Origin: an uncultured Gemmataceae bacterium | GTDB taxonomy: Bacteria > Planctomycetota > Planctomycetia > Gemmatales > Gemmataceae | Direction of reading: 5' to 3' | Length of the DNA: 64,000 nucleotides | NCBI GenBank assembly: GCA_963750165.1 | Contig: CAVVPN010000011.1 | Span: forward strand, 1,024,001 to 1,088,000 | Part shown: positions 1-9,177 of the stretch, piece after piece | Layout of the letters: each line of letters begins with the position of its first letter | Numbering within the stretch: the stretch's first letter is position 1 | Translations under genes and position numbers: made by a program | The notes under the pieces: generated by a model | Database searches by the model: none | What the model was told of the DNA's origin: nothing | What the model saw: only the letters and a program-made list of their open reading frames with translations

Positions 1-1374
1 TCGGCCTCGCGTCTATGGTCGGGTGATCGACTTCGACATGGAGAGCGGCAACAAGGACTCCGCGAAGAAGTTGCTCGCTGACGCCATCCAGAAGAAGGTC
101 GAGCCTGCGGTCAGCCACCCCGATGCGAGGACCGCCCTCGCCGCCGCCCGGCGAGAGCAACAAGCAAAGGCCGATGCCACACAATTCACGTGGAAGCAGC
201 CCGAGGGTTGGTGGGGAGACACCCTCAAGTCGTCTGACCTGCGGTTCCGCCCCATGCCCGGCGCTGACTACACCGAACTCGTCACGGCGCTCAACAGCAG
301 GAAGCCCGAGCAGGTCGCCAAGCTCCTCCAGCACGTTGATCCGCACTCGCTGTTCACTAGCGACGAACTGAAGGTGATGCAGACCCCGTACTACGGCATC
401 GTCAACTTCTCGCGCGATGTGGTTTATCCCAATGATCCTGTCGAAGCCTACACGGAGGTCCAACATGGTGAGATGAGGGCGCGGACGCCAAACCAGAGAA
501 GTTCAAGACGCCACTGTTCTTGGTCAGCGGCAAGCCAGACAACAGCACGGGCGGCGTGGTGTCGGGCACGTTCTACCGGAGCTACGAGTTGAAAGAGGAG
601 AAGCGGACGAGGCTGATAAAAAAGACGGTGGCCCTGAAGCTCGACTTCAACTACACCGGCCCGGACCTCAAGATTACTGGTGTCAAGGGCGCACGCCTGA
701 GTTGGATCGTCATCCGCATCCCGGCGATCTTCAACGACGAGAAGTGCTATGGGTGGGATGCCATGATCTCGACCATCAATGATCGGGTCGCGTATGTCCA
801 TTTCATCGAGAGAAGGGAGAATGCGCTCGACAAGATGGACTTCGAGCGGACTGTACCCGGCACCGGGAACCTCGCTCCCACCGATAGCGATCTCTATCGC
901 ATCAAGTACGACCTCACTGATCCTGCACGGCCTTACACGATTGAGGATGGATCAGGGCGCAAAATCGGGCCGACACAGCCCACCAACGATGGCGAGGGCT
1001 GGAAGGGCGGGACAATCGCTGACTTCATTTCACGAATGAACCAGTTCGCCCGCCAAGACTGGCCCAAGATCGGTTGGCTGACCTTCGACCCAGCGAAGGG
1101 AAGTGCCCGAACGCTCGCCCGAAGCGAAGCTGAGTTCTACAAGCGCTTCGGCAAGCCCATCGAGAACGTCGTGGACAAGAACAAGGCTGACAACTCGGCC
1201 AAGCCCAAGGACGCCTCCTACCGCGAGCGGTTTCGGTTGTGGACCTACCGTTGCACGGATGGCACCGTCACGCTGCACGTGGAGCCCACGCACATCCAGC
1301 CTCCATCGGGTCTGGGCGACCCGATAGAAGTGCTGGACATCAACATCGGGCCGGGTGACTGCGTGAAAAAGTAG
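1..1374 (+). CDS. C-terminal part of a large hypothetical protein (5'-partial; one apparent frameshift near 478)
   Basis: ORF 23-592 reads protein-like to ...EVQHGEMR. The frame of ORF 520-1374 is open upstream (ADAKPEKFKTPLFLVSGKPDN...), so the two join as one gene. No family recognised. Confidence 0.55.
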
Positions 1375-1421
1375 CGGCGGGTTTCTGCCGCTCGCCACGA
1401 AATTCGCCAACCTGCTACAAA

Positions 1422-1457
1422 CGGAGGGCCTTCGAGTTGAAACTCGAAGGCCCTCCG
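1422..1457. terminator. Perfect 16-bp stem-loop downstream of the first gene
   Basis: CGGAGGGCCTTCGAGT-TGAA-ACTCGAAGGCCCTCCG; no clear U-tract. Confidence 0.5.
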
Positions 1458-1632
1458 CACGACTTCCTCACCAATTCCCGGCCTCACCTTCCAGTATGAT
1501 ACCGGAAAGATATTACCAAAAATCATACCGCGCCGCTTTCACGGCGTTTCCAAGGGACGTATAGTGGTTTCGGTATGACATCGCTGGGATGTCACCGAAC
1601 GTATATTACCGGGAGTAGCGGAGGGAACTGGT

Positions 1633-2256
1633 ATGAATGCCATCCAGCACCACCTGCATCGTCTTAGTGCGTCTCGCGCGGCCCTTGAATGGGCGCGTAC
1701 CCAAGACTGCCCCAACGACGCATGGAATAGTTGCCCACGGGGAGACTGGCTCCTCTGCTTGGCTGCGAAACTCGGCGTCGAGCACCGGGTCGTCGTCCTC
1801 GCTGCCTGCGCCTGCGCTCGGCTCGCTCTGCCGTTCACGAGGGACGACCGCCCGCTCCACGCCATCTTGGTGACGGAGCATTTGGTCACGGGCGACAAGA
1901 CAGTCGCGGTGCAGGACATGAGGGACGCCGCCAAGGATTGTGACGACGCGGCGGGCGATGCGGCGTGCTTCGGCGATCTCGCGGCTGCAAACGTGGCCTA
2001 CGCCGCCATGTACGCCACTATCGCCGCCTTGCCGGGCAATACGCCGAAAACGGCGGCTGGCGATGCCGCTGCGGCGGTGGCCGAAGCCGCAGCAGACGCA
2101 GCGACCAGCCCAGCAGAAGCCGATCAGGCGAGGACCGCCATGCAGCGGGCATGTGCCAACATTGTCCGCAACAAGATCGACGAGGCCGTGATCATGCGGC
2201 TCTGGTGGGAACACGCTACTCGTTCTGACCGGGAGGATCAGCCATGCACGCACTAA
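1633..2256 (+). CDS. Imm5-like / phage-type Ala-rich hypothetical protein
   Basis: GGAGG upstream. AWNSCPRGDWLL...LAACACARLALP..DDRPLHAI pattern followed by Ala-rich helices, as in Imm5-like proteins. Confidence 0.5.
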   Translation: MNAIQHHLHRLSASRAALEWARTQDCPNDAWNSCPRGDWLLCLAAKLGVEHRVVVLAACACARLALPFTRDDRPLHAILVTEHLVTGDKTVAVQDMRDAAKDCDDAAGDAACFGDLAAANVAYAAMYATIAALPGNTPKTAAGDAAAAVAEAAADAATSPAEADQARTAMQRACANIVRNKIDEAVIMRLWWEHATRSDREDQPCTH

Positions 2257-2897
2257 CCACCGCACGGGCAGAGCCCTATGTGTGGGTGTCGTGGATCACC
2301 AAGTTGCTCGCGGGCGAGTCGTCTTGCCTGTGGTCAGCATGGCTCCGTGCCCACTACCAGACGGCCAAGGCCACGAGCGGCTTCGACATGGGGACGTGGC
2401 AGATGGACCACTCGGCTATGCTCCGCAAGACCGCCGCTGATCACGAGAAGGAGGGATACGAGGTCCGCACCGAGGGCCAGAACATGTTCGCCCTGAAGGG
2501 GAAGGCAGGCACACTGTCGGGGAAGCCAGACGTGGTGGCGGTCAAGGACTTGGCAGGCTGGGTGGTGGATACGAAGACCGGCTCGCCGAAGGCGTCCGAC
2601 CGGGTGCAGGTGATGATCTACATGTGGGCGTTGCCGAAAGCCATCCCGGCTTTCAAGGACGTGACGTTCCACGGCAAGGTGGTGTACAAGACCGGCTACA
2701 GCATCATCACGCCAGAAGAGGTTGATACCTTGTTCATCAAGATGGTGTCCGATCTGATGAAGCAGATCTGCGCCGAGGACGAGCCGCGAAAGGCTCCGAG
2801 CTTCTCGGAATGTCAGCACTGCCCGATCACGGTCGAGGACTGCCCCGACAGGGCTGGGGCCGTGAAGGTCTATGAGGGCGAAACCGATGAGTTCTGA
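2244..2897 (+). CDS. Solo Cas4-like PD-(D/E)XK nuclease
   Basis: LSGKPD...VVDTKTG...QVMIY (RecB-like motifs plus QxxxY). One N-terminal Cys plus C-terminal CQHC..C give four Fe-S-type ligands. Confidence 0.8.
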   Translation: MHALTTARAEPYVWVSWITKLLAGESSCLWSAWLRAHYQTAKATSGFDMGTWQMDHSAMLRKTAADHEKEGYEVRTEGQNMFALKGKAGTLSGKPDVVAVKDLAGWVVDTKTGSPKASDRVQVMIYMWALPKAIPAFKDVTFHGKVVYKTGYSIITPEEVDTLFIKMVSDLMKQICAEDEPRKAPSFSECQHCPITVEDCPDRAGAVKVYEGETDEF

Positions 2898-2922
2898 GCC
2901 GCAGAACGTATTCTTTTGAGCG

Positions 2923-2956
2923 GGCCGCGCCGAACAAGGAAAGTCTCGGCGCGGCC
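2923..2956. terminator. GC-rich stem-loop between convergent genes
   Basis: GGCCGCGCCGA-N12-TCGGCGCGGCC between the 2897 and 2995 stops. Confidence 0.45.
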
Positions 2957-2994
2957 TCGTTGTTGCGGACCACATCGCCGAGCGTTGGTCGTTT

Positions 2995-3873
2995 CTACGC
3001 CAGTTCCTTGACAATCCTCGTGACCCGCTCCTTCAGAACACCGAACAAATGCGTTGTGTTGCCGGGAGTGATTTGGATTGTGTCATCCACGATGATGAGG
3101 CGGTCTCCTTGGAGAACCGGAGTGGTGGTCCCGGTCGCGTCCAAGAAGCGCGCCTTGTACTTGCCGAGGTCAGGTCCGAACCGACCGCCGTTGTGCGCCA
3201 GCGCGTGCCTGACCAGTTTCGCAAGATCGACTTCGGCGTCGGTCCAACAGTAGTCCCTCAGCGGTGCTCCGAAGTGTCTGGCGAAGGCATCCTTGATCTG
3301 GTCCTTCTTCGAGTTGTAGGTAGGCTCCTTGGTCCTGATGACGTTGGCAAGGAAGTCTTCGTAGGCGAAGAACAACGAGCCGTAGTTGCTGCGCTGAGTG
3401 CCGAGAATGGAGAACTGGAACTCGGAGGCGTGCGTCAGGAAGTCCCAGTATCCTGCGAGCGGAAATTCCACGTTGGACTGGGCGGTCTTGAGGGCATCGT
3501 GTGCCTCCTGCTCGATCTTGGTGACAACGCGCTTCAGGGTCGCACGCTGGTCGAACTTGAGGCTGTGGTGCATTCGTGATTCCAGTTTGGTCACAATGCC
3601 CTTAATGACCTCGCCAGAGTAATTGGCACGAAACCGCAAGCTGCCATTGCCTTCGCCCTCGGCGAAGCGTTTCATCGAGTGGGCCATGAGCCACGGCAGC
3701 ATGTGCGACCCATTCGTGGACCGCCAAGCCACCATCAGGATGCTGATGGCGTCGTTCAAGGGCGATTTCTCGACCGCCTCGAACGTGCTCTTACACCAGC
3801 CGTGGTCGAAGAACTGCTGGTATGAGTCGAGGTTCGGGTCGATGAGAACGTGGTCGATGATGTCTTTGTCCAT
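2995..3873 (-). CDS. Hypothetical protein with HEPN-like RxxxxH motif
   Basis: 292 aa, helical. Upstream FAYEDFL acidic helix, then LVRHALAHNGG (R-x4-H). RBS AAGGAG. Confidence 0.6.
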   Translation of the reverse strand: MDKDIIDHVLIDPNLDSYQQFFDHGWCKSTFEAVEKSPLNDAISILMVAWRSTNGSHMLPWLMAHSMKRFAEGEGNGSLRFRANYSGEVIKGIVTKLESRMHHSLKFDQRATLKRVVTKIEQEAHDALKTAQSNVEFPLAGYWDFLTHASEFQFSILGTQRSNYGSLFFAYEDFLANVIRTKEPTYNSKKDQIKDAFARHFGAPLRDYCWTDAEVDLAKLVRHALAHNGGRFGPDLGKYKARFLDATGTTTPVLQGDRLIIVDDTIQITPGNTTHLFGVLKERVTRIVKELA

Positions 3874-3912
3874 TTGGGCGACTCCTTGTTGAGCTTCTCC
3901 TGCGAACGCTGT

Positions 3913-5136
3913 TTACTGGCTCTTCAAGACATCCGCAAGTCGGGCGCGGGCAGACACGAGAAACTGCAAGTGACCACCAGCGGGACGGCCAGCCTGCTCC
4001 CATAGGTCTGCTGCAAGCTGCTCGACTTTTTCTTGGAACAGGCGTTCGCGCCGGTCTTCTTCCTTCTCGGCAGCACCAAGACCCGCATGATGCTCCCGTA
4101 GCGAGTTCAGGACATCGGGCGAGGTGCCATGGTGATTGCAGTAGTGCCTGAACCACCAAGCGACGACCTTGCCGACGTTGCCGATCTCCAGAGCGCACTT
4201 CCACATCTCCGTCAGGAACATCCACGTCAGGACTGCACGCTTGCCGTGGACCTCAGCCAAGCACGCCTCGTACTGCCGCTGCTTCTTCTCGTCCGGCTGG
4301 TGGGCGTACTGCGTGTACAGGAACACGTCGATCAGCCGTTTTGTGGTGAACGTGCAGGTGCCAGTCGGCACAAACGGTCGGGCTTCCGGCACTGCTGCCA
4401 GATGGCTCCCGTACTCCTTGGCCGCACCTTCGACCCACTTGCTGTAGGAGTGATCCCCGAGGGCCGTCAGAAAAATAGGCACGACCTTCACGAAGCTCGC
4501 CGGATCATGAGGTCCGGTCATATAAAGGCGACGGAAGATCGTCACGAAGGACCGGATTTCGTCATCAGTCGCAGGAGTCTCCACGGTAGGGTTACTGGCA
4601 GGGCTCATGAAGCCGCTGGATGAAATCAACGAGCCGGGGCCGTCCTTCATGAAGGCCGAGGTCAGCATCTCCTGTAGGTCTCGCACGAAATAGCCCAAGA
4701 GCCTGATCTGCTCTGGGGAGAGCGTGACATCGGCGAGCGGCACCGGCTTCGGCTCGGCAAGCATGAAGTCGATGTCGTGCTGTTTCGCACCACTGGGAAC
4801 GACTCGGGCCGTTGGGCTCCCGGTCAAGATCTGGGCCATCTCGTCGTGCGTGATTTCTCGGCCAGTTTCGTCCTCCAGATACTCGGAGGGGCCTACGGTG
4901 AGGAACTTGTCCCAGTCATTCGGGTCGCCGGGGCCTTCCAGCGCGCCTTCGACGAACCGATGGCGGTACTTCAGGATCTCCCGCTCGGTCCTGCTGGACT
5001 TGTTCTCGGCCACAAGCTCGACGGTAGCCCGCGCGACAGGATCGAGGGTCTTCGTGTCGAGGTAGAGGTAGCGGTCCTTGAACTGCCGGTCGGCTCGGTC
5101 CAAGTAGCGGATTTTCCAGAACAGCATCATGGGCAT
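3913..5136 (-). CDS. Hypothetical protein with C-terminal DUF2934-like domain
   Basis: 407 aa; RBS AAGGAG. C-terminus VEQLAADLWEQAGRPAGGHLQFLVSARARL matches the DUF2934 pattern. Central helical domain with FLYTQYAH is unassigned. Confidence 0.6.
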   Translation of the reverse strand: MPMMLFWKIRYLDRADRQFKDRYLYLDTKTLDPVARATVELVAENKSSRTEREILKYRHRFVEGALEGPGDPNDWDKFLTVGPSEYLEDETGREITHDEMAQILTGSPTARVVPSGAKQHDIDFMLAEPKPVPLADVTLSPEQIRLLGYFVRDLQEMLTSAFMKDGPGSLISSSGFMSPASNPTVETPATDDEIRSFVTIFRRLYMTGPHDPASFVKVVPIFLTALGDHSYSKWVEGAAKEYGSHLAAVPEARPFVPTGTCTFTTKRLIDVFLYTQYAHQPDEKKQRQYEACLAEVHGKRAVLTWMFLTEMWKCALEIGNVGKVVAWWFRHYCNHHGTSPDVLNSLREHHAGLGAAEKEEDRRERLFQEKVEQLAADLWEQAGRPAGGHLQFLVSARARLADVLKSQ

Positions 5137-5213
5137 CTCCTTGTCTTCGGCAGGCCCTAAGTTAGTAAGGACACGCCAGTTCGTTTCAGGTTCGCGTTCG
5201 GCCTACCTGACGC

Positions 5214-5945
5214 TCAGTTCCTTGACCCGCCTCGTCGTGGTGCGGAGGCACTCGCACCTTCCGTCCGTGAAGCGGCTGGCACTGCTGGTCCCCGACCGCT
5301 GACTTCACTGATGAGCCTGCCGGGTATCCTGTCGATCCTGTCAACGATCACACCCGAGGCGCTGTGCATGTCTTGGTAGACCCTCGCCGTGGCGGGAAGT
5401 CCGGTCATGTCGATTCGGACGATCCCCCAGTCCGGGTCGTTGAAGTTGTTCTTCTTGCCGAGGGTCATCATCCACCACTCGGCACTGTCGTTCTGGTCGC
5501 CCTCGTGGGACAACTTCGCGCAGACGTGGATAACGCCGTCCGTGTCGGGGAAGCCCGTGGCTCGCCGCTCGGCGTTGCTCGGCAACAGGCCCTCGCCGTG
5601 CTCGCCGCAAATCTTGGGAATCAGGCAGGATCGCGTGGCGTGGTAGCCGACCTCCAGCGGCCTCGGCAAGATGGGGGTCAGCCCGAAAGTCGGAAGCGTC
5701 TGGCCCTTATACTCAATGCTCTGGCCGGTCGTCAGGAAGAGCCACCCGATCCCGTCAAGCTCCTTGCGGATCTGCGGCTCGACACCCGCGAGGCCGAAGC
5801 CGGGCGCGAAGCCGATCCGCCAGAAGTGATGACCCTTGTAGATGTCGCTCCGGTTATACAGCAGCGACTCCCCCAAGTGGCGGCGTGCGATCTCTATCGC
5901 CTCTACGGCTGGGCGCGCCGACCAGAAGGTGAACGGGTCTTCCAT
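5214..5945 (-). CDS. Putative ADP-ribosyltransferase-fold protein (Tpt1/KptA- or PARP-like)
   Basis: GYHATR..LIPKI...GLLP...IHVC...IVRID...YQD..IPGRLI follows the YH(G/A)T..I...GL...V(H/Y)L..vl.id..IP layout of H-type ART folds. Confidence 0.55.
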   Translation of the reverse strand: MEDPFTFWSARPAVEAIEIARRHLGESLLYNRSDIYKGHHFWRIGFAPGFGLAGVEPQIRKELDGIGWLFLTTGQSIEYKGQTLPTFGLTPILPRPLEVGYHATRSCLIPKICGEHGEGLLPSNAERRATGFPDTDGVIHVCAKLSHEGDQNDSAEWWMMTLGKKNNFNDPDWGIVRIDMTGLPATARVYQDMHSASGVIVDRIDRIPGRLISEVSGRGPAVPAASRTEGASASAPRRGGSRN

Positions 5946-6009
5946 ACGGCTTTCTCAAGGGGTTGGATACTTGGCCTTCGGGATCGTGTTCGCTTGGTGC
6001 TGTGGCCCG

Positions 6010-6846
6010 TTACCTCACTCCCTTTTCGGTTTCCTCTACCAACACCGGGAACAGGCTGTGAAGCCGATCCTTGAGGTCGGGATAGTTCTCCAACAACAAC
6101 TCGACGATCACTCGTACAGGCACGCACTTCAGCAGCCTCGATTGGTCAAGCCATGCGTACTGGATGCCGTAGAGGCGCACATGCTTCTGCGGGTTGAACA
6201 GCATTCCATCCTCGGGGCGATCTACGCCCCAGACGCCTGCGCCGCTGAAACCATGCGGCGTCTCTGGAAGCCGTGAGGTTTCACAGGACAGATTTTGCCC
6301 GATCCCGTATGCTTCGTTGTGATAGTAGAGCGCGAATACGTCAGGCTTTACCCCGACAAGGTTCGTCCCGAAGGCGATCTGTGGTGCGGCGAGTGTGGAG
6401 TCCGTAGCCTGCGCCAGCTTGGCGGGATAGCCGATCACCCAGAACATCGGGACAGTGGCAGGGTCCGCATCCTTGCTCGGCGGTGTTGGAAGGTCGATAC
6501 AGACCTGTTCGATGTCACACGCGAAAACATCCGAGCGTTCTTGTAGCTCTAAGACGGCGATGTCCAGAGGCTCCCGTGTTATCTCCTTCAGGATACCCGA
6601 ACTCGACTTCTGGCCTTCCCCGAGCGGGAAGAACAACCTCATCTCTTCTTTGACGCTGACGCAGTGCTTGGCGGTGACGGCGAATAGGTGTTTCCCCGCG
6701 CGCAGCATGACCGCCGTGGCGATCTCCTTCCTCTGGTCAGACCAGCGAGAAAGTACCAAGTGGACGTAGGTTCGGGGGACGCTCACCAGTACAGTCAGTT
6801 CGCGCCTCGTCTCGACTGTCGGCGGCGGCAACGGTCGCATGTCCAT
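6010..6846 (-). CDS. Trypsin-like serine protease, no signal peptide
   Basis: Catalytic triad motifs AVTAKHC, LDIAVLEL and GFSGAGVW, plus IGYP. Start placed at MDMRP (6846). Confidence 0.8.
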   Translation of the reverse strand: MDMRPLPPPTVETRRELTVLVSVPRTYVHLVLSRWSDQRKEIATAVMLRAGKHLFAVTAKHCVSVKEEMRLFFPLGEGQKSSSGILKEITREPLDIAVLELQERSDVFACDIEQVCIDLPTPPSKDADPATVPMFWVIGYPAKLAQATDSTLAAPQIAFGTNLVGVKPDVFALYYHNEAYGIGQNLSCETSRLPETPHGFSGAGVWGVDRPEDGMLFNPQKHVRLYGIQYAWLDQSRLLKCVPVRVIVELLLENYPDLKDRLHSLFPVLVEETEKGVR

Positions 6847-6871
6847 GTTCACGTTCTCGCGTGAGAAGGGT

Positions 6872-7705
6872 CTACTTACTCTTCGGCGTCGTGTACATCT
6901 TGAACCGCTCGACCAGAGCCTTTCCATTGACCAGTTCGAGCCTCGTAGGGACCAACCGGGCGATGTCGGGGTCATCCATAATCTTCGGCGCGAACTCCCA
7001 CGTTGTCGAGATGATGCCCTTGCTCGTCTGGGGCTGCTTGTTCATCACCCCGATCAAGGCATCGACTTCTTCGGCGGTTACAACGTGGCCCGGCGTGTAC
7101 CTCTTCACGGACTCGACGAACCGCACCGAGCCGAAACCCCTCTTCACGACAATCAGGTCTTTGCCACGGTCGCCGCTTCGTGGGGTGAGCGTTACTTCGT
7201 CGAACAAGCCCGACTGCTCGTAGGTCGCCGCGATGATCTCTTCCAATTTGCGCGGGTCGATCTGGTACATGCGGGAAGGGTCTTCCATGATCTTCTGGAT
7301 GATGTCGAGCAACGGGATCGTAATCGCCCTGATGAGTTCGCCCTCGAAGGTCTTTTCATAGGGGATGATGACCGCCTGACTAACGATGACGGGGAAGTTG
7401 TCTGGGGGAACGAATACCTCGTCGCCGCCCTGCATCGACGCCAGAACCGCCGCGAAATTCTGCCTGCGGCGCTGCTCGTTATTCATGGCGATAATCGTGT
7501 TGGCGGCGTCCTGCGAGCCGTCCTCGACGAAAATTGGAGGACGCTGAGGAACCCATTCAGGTTCCACGGCGCTCGACCGGATTGCCGCGTGTAGTTGTTG
7601 TTGTCTCCGTCTCTGATCTGCGTTTCTGGCGATGATCGCGGCAGCGTCCTGCGAGCCATCCTCGACGAAGGGAGGCAGCGGTTGGTGATTCTTGTCGTCG
7701 CTCAT
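6872..7705 (-). CDS. Mrr-like (Mrr_cat) restriction endonuclease with duplicated N-terminal motif
   Basis: IDPRKLEEIIA...TPRSGDRGKDL...VESVKRY...EEVDAL...KGIISTT. Confidence 0.8.
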   Translation of the reverse strand: MSDDKNHQPLPPFVEDGSQDAAAIIARNADQRRRQQQLHAAIRSSAVEPEWVPQRPPIFVEDGSQDAANTIIAMNNEQRRRQNFAAVLASMQGGDEVFVPPDNFPVIVSQAVIIPYEKTFEGELIRAITIPLLDIIQKIMEDPSRMYQIDPRKLEEIIAATYEQSGLFDEVTLTPRSGDRGKDLIVVKRGFGSVRFVESVKRYTPGHVVTAEEVDALIGVMNKQPQTSKGIISTTWEFAPKIMDDPDIARLVPTRLELVNGKALVERFKMYTTPKSK

Positions 7706-7727
7706 CGGCGGTGTCCTCCACGATGGC

Positions 7728-8033
7728 TCAGGGCTGGCTCTTGTCGTCGAGCCGCTTGCGGATTCTGGCCTTCATCTCCACAACGGGGATGAAAAGGACC
7801 ATGCTGCCGAGGGTCTCGGCAACAACGCCGATGCGGGTCACGGCGGGTGGGAGATGGTTCAGGGAGAGAAGAAGCTCATGGTCCCAAACGAACTTGACGG
7901 ACGGTCCAGCGAACATCTGGGGCGCGTTCCCACCCCTGAATTTCCTCACCTTGTCCTCGTTTGTGAACAGGGCCATTGCCACCGAGCCATCATCTCACAG
8001 CAAGACTACCCCGCCTTGGTAGTTGTTGCTCAT
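7728..8033 (-). CDS. Small hypothetical protein, possibly interrupted by an in-frame TGA at 7995-7997
   Basis: MSNNYQGGVVLL*DDGSVAMALFTNEDK... lies in a single frame; ORF 7728-7982 is the downstream part. Confidence 0.4.
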
Positions 8034-8135
8034 TACGGCGTAGCACGTATTCCGGCGCGGGTATTGGACGGCAGAATATCGACATCCACAGCCTATTTTA
8101 CAAGACGGATGAGCCTGCCCGTAGCTCAGTAGCGG

Positions 8136-8180
8136 CAAGAAAAAGGCCCGGCTCGACCTTCTGGCGGTCGAGCCGAGCCT
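8136..8180 (-). terminator. Rho-independent terminator (minus strand)
   Basis: Minus strand: AGGCTCGGCTCGACC-GCCAGAA-GGTCGAGCCGGGCCT followed by TTTTCTTG. Confidence 0.75.
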
Positions 8181-8809
8181 CGTGTCGGCTTCATCTTCCA
8201 GCGGCCCGTGGTCAGGCGGTGTCGCTCGTCTCTCGGGGGAACATCTCCTTCGTGGCGGGCCTTCTTGGCAGGGGATCGGCTTCGGTCCTTCCTCATCGGC
8301 GGGTTTCGCCTCGGCGAGCACGCGGGCTAGTTGCTTGCGGCTAATGGCCGAGGACGCGCTCGATCTCAATTACCCTTTGCCCTCAGCGTTCATTTCGGCA
8401 TCCTACGGACAACCTCGGGGGCGAGAGCGACGTCTTCCTACGGCCCGTTGGCTGGACTTTGGAGCGGCGGGAATGGCCGGACTAAGCACGGAATGGACGT
8501 AGACAACGTACAACAACCTCCAGCGTGCTATTCACAATGAATCGACTCCACCGACGCTCTGCCACCCTTTTTCGGACACGTCGCCACGGGGAAGCAGACC
8601 CGGCTCCTGCTCGATGCCCTGATCCAGTCGGCGGATCGGGAGATGCGGTTCGGGCAGTCATCGGCGTGGAACCGCTGTTTTGGAGATGTGTGCGACAGGA
8701 ATTTGACCGATCACCGGACAATTCGTTTAAGGAATCGTTTAAGAGGAGCAACTGGCGCAAGCGTTTAATCGAGCAGTCGCCATAAACCCTTTGGGCAACT
8801 GAAGTTTCA

Positions 8810-8855
8810 AGAGCGGGCGATGGGATTCGAACCCACGACGTCCAGCTTGGGAAAC
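8810..8855 (-). repeat. att site: 3' half of tRNA-Gly(CCC), copy 1 (not an intact tRNA)
   Basis: Minus strand TTCCCAAGCTGGACGTCGTGGGTTCGAATCCCATCGCCCGCTCT = anticodon loop (CCC), T-arm and acceptor strand. D-arm and 5' half absent. Identical to 30053-30098. Confidence 0.9.
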
Positions 8856-8934
8856 ATTCCCTCAAACCGGCCCTTGGCCGCGAAAACCCTTTCACACCAG
8901 CATTTTACCGCAACCGGCCTTGTTTGCAAGGTCG

Positions 8935-9022
8935 TGCGGAAGCGTGCGAGGGTGTGCGAAAAGCTGCGGAAATTCCGCAGTTCGGAAGGTTGTGCGGAAG
9001 TTCTGCGGAAGAACTGCGGAAC
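8935..9022. promoter_or_regulatory. Putative integrase arm-type binding sites (TGCGGAA repeats)
   Basis: TGCGGAA(G/C/A) at 8935, 8965, 8993, 9004 and 9015 (last three at an 11-bp period). The same motif occurs at 29945-29976, by the integrase start. Confidence 0.6.
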
Positions 9023-9177
9023 CGTTCCGGCGTCAGGACTGCTTGCCGTTTCGCCCCAGCAACTGGCTCAGGCTGGACCCACCCGGCAGTCCGCGCAGCC
9101 CCCGCCAGAGGGCATGGTCGATCCCGTTCCAGGTTTCCCCCGGCGCGTCCAGAACGGGGCCGCTGCGCTGGCCATGC

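Noticed and set aside
2244..2897. CRISPR-Cas locus around the Cas4-like gene
   Set aside because: No cas1/cas2 or effector genes and no repeat-spacer array seen in the window.
2995..7982. Integron cassette array
   Set aside because: Intergenic gaps are short, no convincing attC (RYYYAAC...GTTRRRY with internal dyad) was found, and there is no intI.
8116..8130. TGCCCGTAGCTCAGT resembling a tRNA 5' end
   Set aside because: No anticodon or T-arm follows; it runs into the terminator hairpin.
8810..8855. Intact tRNA-Gly gene (also at 30053-30098)
   Set aside because: Only anticodon loop to acceptor end is present; no D-arm or 5' acceptor strand follows in either copy.
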